Source of the DNA: Alphaproteobacteria bacterium
GTDB lineage: Bacteria > Pseudomonadota > Alphaproteobacteria > Bin95
Assembly: GCA_964291285.2 (NCBI GenBank)
Contig: OZ219787.1
Span: 1,536,001-1,600,000 of the forward strand
DNA: 64,000 bases
Direction of reading: 5' to 3'
Part shown: positions 1-9,903 of the stretch, one piece after another
Numbering within the stretch: the first letter of the stretch is position 1
Layout of the letters: each line of letters starts with the position of its first letter
Translations under genes and position numbers: made by a program
The notes under the pieces: model-generated
Told to the model about the DNA's origin: nothing
Seen by the model: only the letters and a program-made list of their open reading frames with translations
Database searches by the model: none

Positions 1-3000
1 AGCGCGAATGGCCGGCGGTGTTCGACGCTGCATCGAGAGCCGAGGCCGCCGTCCATGCCGACCCGCGGACGGCCTGCTTCTACGCCCGCCGCGCATTGGA
101 GCTAGCGGTGAACTGGGCCTACAAGCACGACGCGGCGCTCCGGCTGCCCTATCGGGACAACCTTTCGGCCCTGATCCACGAGCCGAGCTTCAAGCAGGCC
201 GCTGGCGATGCGGTGTTCAGCAAGGCCAGGGTCATCAACACGCTGGGCAATCGCGCGGTGCACGGCTATCGCGCAGTGCCGGAAGCTGACGCGCTGGCGG
301 CGCTGCGCGAACTCTTCCACGTGACCTATTGGTTTGCCCGAACCTACGCCCGCGCCGCGCGCCCAGCGCCTGGACTTACGTTTGATCCTGCGGCGCTGCC
401 CCGCCCTGCGGTGACCAGTCGGAAGACTGCGGAGCAATTGCGGGCGCTCGAGGGCGGACTCCGGGAGCGCGACGAGAAGCTCACGACGCTGCTCGCGGAC
501 AAGGGTGCTCTCGACGAGGAGCTCAAGCGCCTGCGGTCCGAGGTGGCCGAGGCCAAGAAGGAAGCGGCCGCTCAACCGGACACGCACGACTACTCCGAAG
601 CGGAGACTCGCGACTACTTCATAGATCTGTTGCTGAAAGAAGCCGGCTGGCCGCTCAATCAGGATCGCGATCGCGAGTTCGAGGTCAGCGGGATGCCGAA
701 TGCCACGGGCCAAGGCTTCGTGGATTACGTCCTTTGGGGTGACGACGGCAAGCCACTTGGGCTCGTCGAGGCCAAGCGCACGCGCCGGGATGCCCGCGTC
801 GGGCAGCGGCAGGCCGAACTCTACGCCGATTGCCTAGAATGCCAATTCGGGCAGCGGCCGATCATTTTCTACTCGAACGGCTATGAGCATTGGATCTGGG
901 ACGACATACGCTATCCGCCGCGCAGCGTGCAAGGCTTCTACAAGAAGGAGGAGCTGGAGCTCCTGATCCAAAGGCGGGAGACGCGGCGCTCGCTGGCGGA
1001 AGCCACGATTAATTCGGAGATCGTCGAGCGCCACTACCAGACGCGTGCTATTCGCCGCATTGGGGAGGCCTTCGAGCGCGACCACGACCGCAAGGCCCTG
1101 CTCGTGATGGCGACGGGTGCTGGCAAGACACGCACGGTGATCGCGCTCTCCGACCTGCTCATGCGTTGCAACTGGGCCAAGCGCGTGCTTTTCCTCGCCG
1201 ACCGGGTAGCGCTGGTGAATCAGGCGGTCAATGCCTTCAAGCGTCACTTACCCGATGCCTCACCCGTCAACTTGGTTACCGAGAGAAACGTCGAGGGACG
1301 AGTCTACGTCTCGACCTATCCGACCATGATGGGGCTCATCGACGAGGCGAGAGATGGCGAGCGTCGCTTCGGGGTGGGTCATTTCGACCTGGTGATTATC
1401 GACGAGGCACACCGCTCGGTATTCCAGAAGTACCGCGCCATCTTCGACTACTTTGATTCGCTGCTGGTCGGGCTCACGGCGACTCCCAAGGATGAAGTAG
1501 ACCGCAATACCTACAGCTTGTTCGAACTGGAGAACGGAGTGCCGACCGACGCTTACTCCTTGGAGGAGGCTGTGCGTGACGGCTACCTCGTGCCCCCCAA
1601 GGCCGTCTCGGTGCCGCTCAAGTTCCAGCGCGAGGGCATCACGTACAACGAGTTGTCGGAGGACGAAAAGGACCAGTGGGACGCGCTGGAATGGGACGAC
1701 GACGGCACTGTGCCCGACCGGGTCGCGGCCGAGGCGGTCAACAAGTGGCTGTTCAATAGGGACACCGTGGACAAGGTGCTGGAGCACCTTATGACCCGTG
1801 GCCTCGCGGTCGCCGGCGGCGACCAGCTTGCCAAGACAATCCTTTTCGCCAAGAACCAGGAGCATGCGGAGTTCATCGCCGAGCGCTTCAACGCCAACTA
1901 TCCGCACTACAAAGGCGCGTTCGGACGTGTCATTACCTTCAAGACGGAGTACGCGCAGAGCCTCATCGATAACTTCTCGAACAAGGAGAAAGACCCACAC
2001 CTCGCGATTTCGGTGGACATGCTCGACACCGGCATCGACATCCCCGAGGTCGTGAACCTGGTTTTCTTCAAGCTGGTGCGCTCGAAGACCAAATTCTGGC
2101 AGATGGTGGGACGCGGCACGCGGCTCTGTCCTGATCTGTTCGGCCCAGACCAAGACAAGGAATTATTCTATATCTTCGACTATTGCCAAAACCTCGAATA
2201 TTTCAGCCAAGACATCCCGGCTACCGATGGCTCGGTCATCGAACCGCTCGGCAAGCGCCTGTTCAATGCGCGGTTGGAATTGATTGCGACATTGGACCAT
2301 CATGCTTGGGAAGGCGAATCGGATGAGCTCAAAGAGCCCGCGTCCTCCTACGGCGATCCAGAAACGAACGCCGCGGTTCGTCGATCTCTCGCCGATCTCT
2401 TGCACCGCGAAGTCGTGGCGATGAATGTGAACAACTTCGTGGTGCGCCCACAGCGGCGACTCGTCGAGAAATATGCGAAGCCTGAAGTCTGGGTGTCACT
2501 GCCGGCAGAGGCCCTGACTGAGCTCTCGAACGAATTAGCCGGACTGCCTTCGGAGTTAGACCCGGAGAAGGAGGAGGCCAAGCGGTTCGACCTGCTCGTG
2601 CTGAATCTGCAGCTCAGCCTCCTGCGACACGAGCCCGGCTTTGCCCGGCTGTGCGACCGGGTCAAGCAAATTGCCGCACTGCTTGAGGAAAAAGCCGCTA
2701 TCCCGATGGTGCAGGCCCAGATGGCGCTCATCCAGGACATACAGGCCGACGAGTGGTGGCAGGACGTCACTGTCCCGATGCTGGAAGTCATGCGTCGCCG
2801 GCTCCGGAGCCTGGTCCAGTTTATCGACAAGCAACAACGTAGGCCGGTCTACACGGATTTCGAGGACCTCATGGGCGGTGAGACAGCCGTGGACCTGCCC
2901 GGCCTCGCCCCCGGCACGGACTACGCGAAGTTCTTGGCCAAGGTACGTGCATTTCTTCGCGACCACATGGACCATGTCGCCATTGCAAAACTGAGATTGA

Positions 3001-3392
3001 ACAGACCGCTCACGGCGACCGACCTCTCAGAGCTGGAGCGGATGCTCATCGAGAGTGGCCTCGGCGGGGCGAGCGAGCTTCAACGTGCGGCAGAGGAGTC
3101 CCAGGGACTCGGATTGTTCGTGCGGTCGTTGGTAGGCATGGATCGCAGTGCTGCTAAGGAGGCCATGAAGACGTTCCTTGTGGGTAAGTCACTCTCGGCC
3201 AACCAGATCGAGTTCGTGAACCTCATCGTCGATCACCTTACGGAGCACGGCATTGTCGCTCCTGATCGTCTCTACGAATCCCCGTTCACCGACATCACGC
3301 CTCACGGACCGGATGGCTTGTTTCGGCCTGAGGAATTGGATGAATTGATGCAGGTGCTCAAGACTCTGCGAGACGCAGCCATTGCGGCATGA
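1..3392 (+). CDS. hsdR: Type I restriction-modification endonuclease subunit R (EcoEI-like DEAD-box helicase/nuclease); 5' end probably just upstream of the window
   Basis: Nuclease motif VDYVLW...VEAKR, Walker A MATGAGKT, DEAHRS, LTATP, QMVGRGTR and C-terminal LYESPFT. The frame is open back to the window edge (REWPAVFDAA). Confidence 0.93.
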   Translation, partial: REWPAVFDAASRAEAAVHADPRTACFYARRALELAVNWAYKHDAALRLPYRDNLSALIHEPSFKQAAGDAVFSKARVINTLGNRAVHGYRAVPEADALAALRELFHVTYWFARTYARAARPAPGLTFDPAALPRPAVTSRKTAEQLRALEGGLRERDEKLTTLLADKGALDEELKRLRSEVAEAKKEAAAQPDTHDYSEAETRDYFIDLLLKEAGWPLNQDRDREFEVSGMPNATGQGFVDYVLWGDDGKPLGLVEAKRTRRDARVGQRQAELYADCLECQFGQRPIIFYSNGYEHWIWDDIRYPPRSVQGFYKKEELELLIQRRETRRSLAEATINSEIVERHYQTRAIRRIGEAFERDHDRKALLVMATGAGKTRTVIALSDLLMRCNWAKRVLFLADRVALVNQAVNAFKRHLPDASPVNLVTERNVEGRVYVSTYPTMMGLIDEARDGERRFGVGHFDLVIIDEAHRSVFQKYRAIFDYFDSLLVGLTATPKDEVDRNTYSLFELENGVPTDAYSLEEAVRDGYLVPPKAVSVPLKFQREGITYNELSEDEKDQWDALEWDDDGTVPDRVAAEAVNKWLFNRDTVDKVLEHLMTRGLAVAGGDQLAKTILFAKNQEHAEFIAERFNANYPHYKGAFGRVITFKTEYAQSLIDNFSNKEKDPHLAISVDMLDTGIDIPEVVNLVFFKLVRSKTKFWQMVGRGTRLCPDLFGPDQDKELFYIFDYCQNLEYFSQDIPATDGSVIEPLGKRLFNARLELIATLDHHAWEGESDELKEPASSYGDPETNAAVRRSLADLLHREVVAMNVNNFVVRPQRRLVEKYAKPEVWVSLPAEALTELSNELAGLPSELDPEKEEAKRFDLLVLNLQLSLLRHEPGFARLCDRVKQIAALLEEKAAIPMVQAQMALIQDIQADEWWQDVTVPMLEVMRRRLRSLVQFIDKQQRRPVYTDFEDLMGGETAVDLPGLAPGTDYAKFLAKVRAFLRDHMDHVAIAKLRLNRPLTATDLSELERMLIESGLGGASELQRAAEESQGLGLFVRSLVGMDRSAAKEAMKTFLVGKSLSANQIEFVNLIVDHLTEHGIVAPDRLYESPFTDITPHGPDGLFRPEELDELMQVLKTLRDAAIAA

Positions 3393-4342
3393 CCGCGATG
3401 CCGACGCCGGACGTAGGCCTTCGCGGGGACAGGGGTGTTCATATGGAGACGGCCTGGCGGAGCGCCCTGGGCAAGGATTGCCGGGGCAGCCGCCCGCGAT
3501 GCATCCGGCTTGTGGATGGGACGAGAGGCGAGGTTGCAGCCCGACTGACTGGCCTTGTCGGTCTTCCGGAAGTGGTGGTCACGGAAAGAGACTTCTGGAT
3601 GCCCTACGGGAAACCGGTGTGGGCGAACGGGCAGTGGGATAAGAAACCTGCGGCAGAGACCCGGCTTGACCGTGACGCCGGCTTCCTCGCCCCGGAATTG
3701 CGGCGACGGCTCCAACGCTGGTGGCTGGAGGTTCCGAAGGGAGCGAATACTCCGAACTGGGATCTGGCCGCCACTTGCCGGATCGAAGGAAGAAAAGGCC
3801 TGCTCCTCGTGGAAGCTAAGGCTCACACGAACGAGCTGTCGGATGCCGGCAAGTCGACGTCGGCCAAGGAGAACGGGCGGCGGAACCACAAGCGGATCGG
3901 TTCAGCGATCGAGGAGGCTCGAAGTGGTCTCGGACGCCTGCCGGGCGGATCATGGGGCCTCTCCCGGGACGCTTGCTATCAGCTGTCCAACCGGTTCGCA
4001 TGGTCCTGGGAGCTGGCCATGCTCGGAGTGCCTGTCGTTCTGGTCTATCTCGGCTTCCTGAACGCCGAAGACATGGCGAGGGATGGCACGCCGTTCCGGT
4101 CGGGGGATGATTGGGCCACCGCCATGAAGAAGCACGCACGAGGGATCGTGCCCGAAACCTGCTGGGGACGGCGGCTGGTCCTGAACGGTACGCCCTTCAT
4201 ACCATTAATCCGAGCATTGCATGTACCGTTGACGCCGAACGTGCAGCAGCCGCCCTCCTCGTGGAAACACTCCGCCGTCGAGGACGACGACGTCAGATTG
4301 CGTCCCCCGGCGACCATGGCACCCTCTTGCGATCGTTCCTAG
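3389..4342 (+). CDS. Hypothetical protein, putative PD-(D/E)XK nuclease
   Basis: PNWDL...LLVEAKAH motif and YQLSNR. ATGA overlap with the hsdR stop. Exact start and the C-terminal tail are uncertain. Confidence 0.55.
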   Translation: MTAMPTPDVGLRGDRGVHMETAWRSALGKDCRGSRPRCIRLVDGTRGEVAARLTGLVGLPEVVVTERDFWMPYGKPVWANGQWDKKPAAETRLDRDAGFLAPELRRRLQRWWLEVPKGANTPNWDLAATCRIEGRKGLLLVEAKAHTNELSDAGKSTSAKENGRRNHKRIGSAIEEARSGLGRLPGGSWGLSRDACYQLSNRFAWSWELAMLGVPVVLVYLGFLNAEDMARDGTPFRSGDDWATAMKKHARGIVPETCWGRRLVLNGTPFIPLIRALHVPLTPNVQQPPSSWKHSAVEDDDVRLRPPATMAPSCDRS

Positions 4343-4412
4343 ACTCGACTAATTTGCCAACCGGTGCTACTCAAAAGCGTCCATGAGCCCAGCGATGAGG
4401 AACGATAATATC

Positions 4413-4616
4413 ATGGATCACATCCTATTGGCACGTGCAACGCGCAAGCCATATGCTGAATCTCCCGAGATTGAAGCCGGCGTCCGCTACGACAGCGAAA
4501 AAGGGTACTGGCTGTCAGGCGCGGAGCCTCTAGTTTCAACTGACAACTTCCTTGCGACTGACCCCACCACAAAGAAATGTGATGTGGAAACCGGCGAAGA
4601 CCAGAAAGGCGAATGA
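4413..4616 (+). CDS. Putative graspetide (ATP-grasp RiPP) precursor peptide
   Basis: Short ORF (ATG 4413; alternative 4383) with a T/K/D/E-rich C-terminus TDPTTKKCDVETGEDQKGE. Its stop overlaps the ATP-grasp ATG (ATGA). Confidence 0.75.
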   Translation: MDHILLARATRKPYAESPEIEAGVRYDSEKGYWLSGAEPLVSTDNFLATDPTTKKCDVETGEDQKGE

Positions 4617-5554
4617 CACCTCGCGTCCTTATCCTATCTGGCCTCTATGATTTTTCGACCGACTTAGTCGTACTCGAGCTGGAAAGGGCGCGTGTTCCAT
4701 ATCTAAGGGTCAACCGCGAACATCTCTCTGAGCACCTGTTTGCCCTTGATCCCATTGCAGAAGAGCTCCGGGTTACAGGCCCGTCCGGTCGATCTATAGT
4801 TGGCCCTGACTTGGCTTCGGTATGGTTCCGACAGCCGGTTTTTTTGCGAAATACTCCATCTACACCACTATCTCCGTATGAGCAACTTGAGCGTTCCCAA
4901 TGGACAGCATTCATGAGGGCTCTCTGCGTTTTCCAGAATGCTCATTGGGTGAATCATCCTGCTGCTACCTATATCGCAGAGTCTAAACCATATCAGCTGT
5001 CAGTGGCTTCCCGATGCGGCTTTCAGGTTCCTAAGACATTTGCTACCAATGACGTCTCTATAGTTCACACCGAATTCCCAGATCAGCTAATAGTAAAATC
5101 CTTGGATACCGTTTTGCTAAGGGATGGCGACGATTGTCTATTTACATATACCACTGTTGCGGATGGATCTACTCTATCCGCTGCTGAGGTAAAGCCTGTT
5201 CCAATGCTTGCACAGAGATACCTGAAGGACAAAAGCGACTTGCGAGTCACTGTTATCGGTGATACAATCTTCGCAGTACGAATTTTGTCTGATGGCGATG
5301 GGATCGTTGGGGATTGGCGAACCCTACCAAAGGAACAACTACAGTATGTTGATATGGAGCTCGACGAAAACACAAAAAAATCATGTTTTGCCCTTACCAG
5401 TGTTCTCAATCTGTCATTTGCGGCGATTGACTTAGTGGATACGCCGCATGGTATCTTTTTCGTTGAGATAAATCCGACAGGTGAATGGGGATGGTTATCA
5501 AAAAAAGATAGGCGCATAGATGTAGCAATAGCGTCTGCATTAGCTTGCCCATAA
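4613..5554 (+). CDS. MvdC/MvdD-like ATP-grasp peptide maturase
   Basis: Motifs SVWFRQP, WVNHP...ESKPYQL, VPKTFATND, DLRVTVIG, DWR, FAAIDL, FFVEINPTGEWGWL. Confidence 0.9.
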   Translation: MTPRVLILSGLYDFSTDLVVLELERARVPYLRVNREHLSEHLFALDPIAEELRVTGPSGRSIVGPDLASVWFRQPVFLRNTPSTPLSPYEQLERSQWTAFMRALCVFQNAHWVNHPAATYIAESKPYQLSVASRCGFQVPKTFATNDVSIVHTEFPDQLIVKSLDTVLLRDGDDCLFTYTTVADGSTLSAAEVKPVPMLAQRYLKDKSDLRVTVIGDTIFAVRILSDGDGIVGDWRTLPKEQLQYVDMELDENTKKSCFALTSVLNLSFAAIDLVDTPHGIFFVEINPTGEWGWLSKKDRRIDVAIASALACP

Positions 5555-5563
5555 TGCGGTAAC

Positions 5564-6238
5564 ATGGGACATCCATTTGCAGCTCGATGCGTTGAAGAAT
5601 TGGTTCCGTTTCTTCAGTATTTCCGCGCCAAAAAGAAGTTGCTTGAAAAATGTTCACAGCAGGACATATTGTTATCGGAAGAATTTACGGAGTACAAAAC
5701 ACTTGACGAGGAGACTCTTGCGGAAAGAATAAAAGATGAGCGTATTCGCGCAATTGCGCTTGACGAAAAGACATTCAAATTCACTATGGCTTTTACTATA
5801 ACTTTTGCAGTGTTTGCACTTGCAGTGTCTTTAGTTGTCCGTGGAAACCACCCAGAGTATGTCATTGTAGCGGCAGCGCCAGGAGTACTTTACCTCTTCG
5901 GAGCGGGGTTTCTAGCCCTTGGAGCAATGAGGACATTGCCATCGTATGGATACGGTACACATTTCAAGCTTCTTGTCAGAGAGCGCAAGGTTGCAGCGTT
6001 GGCGGAGGCGTTGGCTCGTCAGGAAACCATGAATCTGGTGCGACACGTGAGAAACGAAACGTCGCTTATGGCGGCACGAAATGGCTTCGTATGGATTGGC
6101 GCCTGTTTAGTCGTGTTGGTAATCGCGGCAGTCCTAGAAGTATCGGGGTTGAACGAAATGCTGCAAGGACCGTCGGGGCCGAGCCGGTGTTGGACTAGCA
6201 ATAACTGGGTCGGCGACGAGGCCGGGAGCATGACATGA
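5564..6238 (+). CDS. Hypothetical membrane protein (about 3 TM helices)
   Basis: Three hydrophobic segments; starts 10 nt after the ATP-grasp gene; same lower-GC composition. Confidence 0.75.
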   Translation: MGHPFAARCVEELVPFLQYFRAKKKLLEKCSQQDILLSEEFTEYKTLDEETLAERIKDERIRAIALDEKTFKFTMAFTITFAVFALAVSLVVRGNHPEYVIVAAAPGVLYLFGAGFLALGAMRTLPSYGYGTHFKLLVRERKVAALAEALARQETMNLVRHVRNETSLMAARNGFVWIGACLVVLVIAAVLEVSGLNEMLQGPSGPSRCWTSNNWVGDEAGSMT

Positions 6239-6355
6239 CGGAGAACCGGAGTAAGGGGAACGAAGACAGCCTTTGGCACAAGGTTGATAAAGCTGAGGCG
6301 GTCGCGTTTGGTCGTGTCCCCAGGGGTGGTGTAGGAGCTGAAGCTTCCGGTGGTA

Positions 6356-6423
6356 GCTGTGGGTAAGTGGCCCGCCGCCGCGACCGTCTGGAGTCAGGCG
6401 GCGGCGGGCCACTTACCCACAGC
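6356..6423. repeat. Perfect 26-bp inverted repeat (16-nt loop) in the IS256 leader
   Basis: GCTGTGGGTAAGTGGCCCGCCGCCGC at 6356-6381 and its reverse complement at 6398-6423. Confidence 0.9.
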
Positions 6424-6488
6424 GGAGGCCATCGCGGTGCCGGTTAGGGTTGGGCTGTCACAGTCCACCTGACCGGAGGAGTACCACG

Positions 6489-7691
6489 ATGACCACCACC
6501 GACATGATGACCCTGCGGGCGCTGTTGGAGAAGAGTTCCGACGCCGACCTGCTTCGCGAGATGATCGGGTTCACGGCCGCGCGTCTGATGGCGCTTGAGG
6601 TTGAGGGCCTTGCGGGCGCCGCGCACGGCGAGCGCTCGCCGGACCGGATCACGCAGCGCAACGGCTACCGGGACCGGGTCTGGGAGACGCGGGCCGGCAC
6701 GGTCGAACTGAAGATCCCGAAGCTGCGCAAGGGGAGCTACTTCCCGGGCTTCCTTGAACCGCGGCGGATGGCGGAGAAGGCGCTGACGGCGGTGATCCAG
6801 GAGGCCTACATCAAGGGCGTATCGACCCGCTCGGTGGACGACCTGGTGCAGGCGATGGGCATGTCGGGCATCTCCAAGAGCCAGGTGTCGCGGCTGTGCG
6901 GCGAGATCGACGACAAGATCCGCGACTTCCTCGACCGGCCGCTGGAGGGCGACTGGCCGTATCTCTGGCTTGACGCGACCTATGTGAAGATGCGCGAGGC
7001 CGGGCGCGTCGTCTCGGTCGCGGTCACCATCGCGGTGGCGGTCAACGATCAGGGCCGGCGCGAGGTGCTCGGCATGGCGATCGGCGCGTCCGAGGCCGAG
7101 ACCTTCTGGACCGACTTCCTGCGCTCGCTCGCCCGCCGCGGCCTGCGCGGCGTCAAGCTGGTGATCTCCGACGACCACAAGGGCCTGAAGGCCGCCGCCA
7201 CCCGCATCTTCGGCGCCACCTGGCAGAGATGCCGCGTCCACTTCATGCGCAACCTGCTCGCCCATGCCGGCAAGCAGGGCCGGCGCGTCGTCTCCGCCTT
7301 CGTCACTACCGCCTTCGCCCAGGAGGATGCAGACAGCGCCTCCGCCCAGTGGCGCCAGGTCGCCGACCAGCTCAGGCCCAAGGCGCCAAAGCTCGCCGCC
7401 ATCATGGACGAGGCCGAGCACGATGTTCTCGCCTACATGACCTTCCCGGCCGCGCACCGCGCCAAGCTGCACTCGACAAACCCGCTCGAACGCCTCCACG
7501 GCGAGATCAAGCGGCGCACAAACACCGTCGGCATCTTCCCCAACGAGGACGCCATCACCCGGCTGATCGGCGCAATCCTGCTCGAGCAGAACGATGAATG
7601 GGCAGTCCAGAGAGCCAGATACATGACACTGGAATCCATCGCTCCCGTGAGCGACAATACAACCGTCAAGTTGCCCGCCGTGGCAGCCTGA
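6489..7691 (+). CDS. IS256-family transposase
   Basis: [30 protein letters not shown] and STNPLERL motifs; GGAGG RBS. Confidence 0.97.
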   Translation: MTTTDMMTLRALLEKSSDADLLREMIGFTAARLMALEVEGLAGAAHGERSPDRITQRNGYRDRVWETRAGTVELKIPKLRKGSYFPGFLEPRRMAEKALTAVIQEAYIKGVSTRSVDDLVQAMGMSGISKSQVSRLCGEIDDKIRDFLDRPLEGDWPYLWLDATYVKMREAGRVVSVAVTIAVAVNDQGRREVLGMAIGASEAETFWTDFLRSLARRGLRGVKLVISDDHKGLKAAATRIFGATWQRCRVHFMRNLLAHAGKQGRRVVSAFVTTAFAQEDADSASAQWRQVADQLRPKAPKLAAIMDEAEHDVLAYMTFPAAHRAKLHSTNPLERLHGEIKRRTNTVGIFPNEDAITRLIGAILLEQNDEWAVQRARYMTLESIAPVSDNTTVKLPAVAA

Positions 7692-8727
7692 GCGTTCCGG
7701 CCCTACCCGCCGGACACCGCTACGGACGCCAGGCTCTTACACCACCCGCGGGGGCACGATCTCGCGTTTCGACGAAGGATGGGTAGAGTGGGGAATAGGT
7801 TGAGGTCGCACTTGGTTCGTCTTGCGAAGGTGCAGGAGGAGGCGGGTGGCGGCGTGGCAGGACACCTGAGTGGCGGTGCAACGCTTATAAGGTCAGGAGA
7901 CCGAAGGGGTCTGCTGACGGCGGCACATAACGTAGTGTGCAAATTTCCAAGAAAAACGACGTCGTTTATTGGTCAATCTATGGAGGTATTGGTAGGAACA
8001 TTTCGGCCAAATCAGATGGCCGTGGTTACAGTGGACTTATCAGGTGCGGTAATAGAGGGGGGAATATATGAACGAGGGGATGAAAGGGAGATCGGGCCAG
8101 ACATAGCTTGGATTCCATTGGATGACGACTCGGCAAATAGAATTGAAAAATATGGACGAGTCTTCTTTAACTTGCACGAGGGTAGATTTCCGGGGATTGT
8201 GGACAAGGATAGTACAGCCGTCGAAACAAATGGTGGCATGTATGTTGGATATTTAGTTACCGGGTTTAGCGGAGTGCGGGAAGAAATTGTTCGACATGAG
8301 CATGGGCCAGGTATTTTGGAGCTTGCTCAGGATGTATATCCATATGAGGATCGGTGGAGGGCTGGAGGGTGGGATTATGAAATTAGAGTTATTGAGGACG
8401 GTAGCGAGGTCGATGATGAGAATTTCATTTTAGATTTGAGTCTTCCGCAAGCTGTCCGAAGTAGGATCCCGACTCGGGTGGAGAGATTGGGTGGTCTAAG
8501 CGGTGGTGGGTTATGGATATTTGGGGAAGACAAGGATTTGAGACAATATGTGGATCTGGTCGGAGTGGTATGGTACCAGAGCGGCAGTCATGAGCACGAC
8601 ACTTCGCTTCGTATTGTGAACCATGGAAGGGCGAGTATAGATCGCATCATCGGCGGCAAGAGGACAGGGTGATAGGGGAACTGGTTCATACGGGAGCGGT
8701 TATGGCTAATCGGCCGCCCTCACCCAT

Positions 8728-9903
8728 TTAGTTGCTGTGCAAACCACCCGCCATCGCCGCGGCGATGGTCGTTCCGACGCGCTCCGCTGCGCTCTCGACT
8801 TCGCGGTCTCCGACGTGGGCATACCGCAGCGTCATGGTCGGCTGCGTATGACCAAGCATTCTGGCGACGGTCGGCAGGGGAACGCCCCGGGCCACGGCCT
8901 GGCTCGCTACGGTATGGCGCAAATCGTGCAGGCGCACATCCTCGATCTCGGCTTCTCGCCGCGCGCGTTGCCAAAGCCCGAGATTACGCGACTGCGGCCT
9001 CGCCGGGTCCCTGGGCGAGGGAAAGACGAAGGCGCTTCCCGTTCGCGGCTGGCGGGCGATGATGGCCTGCGCCGCCTCGCTCAGCCAGACCGTGCGCGGC
9101 CCGGTTTTGGCCTCGGCCAATCTGAGCATGTCGCTATCGACCTCCGACCATCTGAGCGTCAGGATTTCACTCTTCCGGCAGCCGGTCAGCAAAAGCAGGC
9201 GGACGACGTCGGCCTGCGGCAGGCGCGAGGGCCGTTTCTCCACCAGCCGGTCCAGGGTCCGGTGAAGCCGGGCTATCTCTTCCGCGGACAGGAAGCGGGT
9301 CATCTTCCGGCCCGGGTTCGGCCTGACACCTGCAAGCGGATCGGTCCCGACATGGCCGGCGATTTTCGCGGCACTGACGATCTGGCGCAACACGACAAGC
9401 GCGATGTTGGCCGTGCCCGGCGTCTTGCGGCTCATGTTGTCGAACCAGCGTTCAACATGAGGCCTGCCGATGCGGTCGAGGCGAAGCGCCCCGAAGGCGG
9501 GCAGAAGCCGGGTCCGGATCATGCGGTCCACACGCTCGCCCCAGCCTTGGCTGTAATGGCCCCGGCGTGCCGGCAGCCAGTCCTCCATGACGAAATCCCG
9601 GAAAAGGGGGACGGCAGCCCGGCCGGCAGGGTCTCCGGAGCAAAGCGGATGCGAGCCGTCCAGCAGGGACCGGCATGTGATCCGGGCTTCTGCCACCGTG
9701 GTCAGCGCGGCCGCGCCGATGGTCGTCCGCACCGGCCTGCCGTTCACGGTCCCATGCCAGACGAAACTGCGATGCCCGGAAGGACGGACCCGCACGCCCA
9801 GCCCGGCAACGCGAATGTCCCTGACGATGTATTCGGTACTGCCGGGACGCAGTTTCCTGACAGCGGCGTCCGTCAGGCGGACCTTCTTCGCCTTGCCCGT
9901 CAT
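8728..9903 (-). CDS. Tyrosine recombinase/integrase (second of pair, element 1)
   Basis: N-terminal arm-binding-like domain; LLTGCRKSEI, HDLRH, LGH and RYAH catalytic motifs. Confidence 0.95.
   Translation of the reverse strand: MTGKAKKVRLTDAAVRKLRPGSTEYIVRDIRVAGLGVRVRPSGHRSFVWHGTVNGRPVRTTIGAAALTTVAEARITCRSLLDGSHPLCSGDPAGRAAVPLFRDFVMEDWLPARRGHYSQGWGERVDRMIRTRLLPAFGALRLDRIGRPHVERWFDNMSRKTPGTANIALVVLRQIVSAAKIAGHVGTDPLAGVRPNPGRKMTRFLSAEEIARLHRTLDRLVEKRPSRLPQADVVRLLLLTGCRKSEILTLRWSEVDSDMLRLAEAKTGPRTVWLSEAAQAIIARQPRTGSAFVFPSPRDPARPQSRNLGLWQRARREAEIEDVRLHDLRHTVASQAVARGVPLPTVARMLGHTQPTMTLRYAHVGDREVESAAERVGTTIAAAMAGGLHSN

Larger units (their letters stand above)
6310..7761 (+). mobile_element. IS256-family insertion sequence
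   Basis: Imperfect ~29-bp terminal IRs (GGTCGTGTCCCCAGGGGTGGTGTAGGAGC and GATCGTGCCCCCGCGGGTGGTGTAAGAGC). 8-bp TSD TCGCGTTT at 6302-6309 and 7762-7769. Confidence 0.95.
6235..8672 (+). pseudogene. Trypsin-like serine protease interrupted by IS256 (6235-6309 joined to 7770-8672, 325 aa when restored)
   Basis: Catalytic-triad motifs LLTAAH, PDIAW, GLSGGG. Removing the IS and one TSD joins MTENRSKG...AEAVAF in frame to RRRMGRV. The downstream piece retains an in-frame ATG at 7779. Confidence 0.75.

Noticed and set aside
4288-4302. GTCAGAT as the second end of element 1
   Set aside because: Only a 7-bp match, in the same rather than inverted orientation, with no junction evidence.
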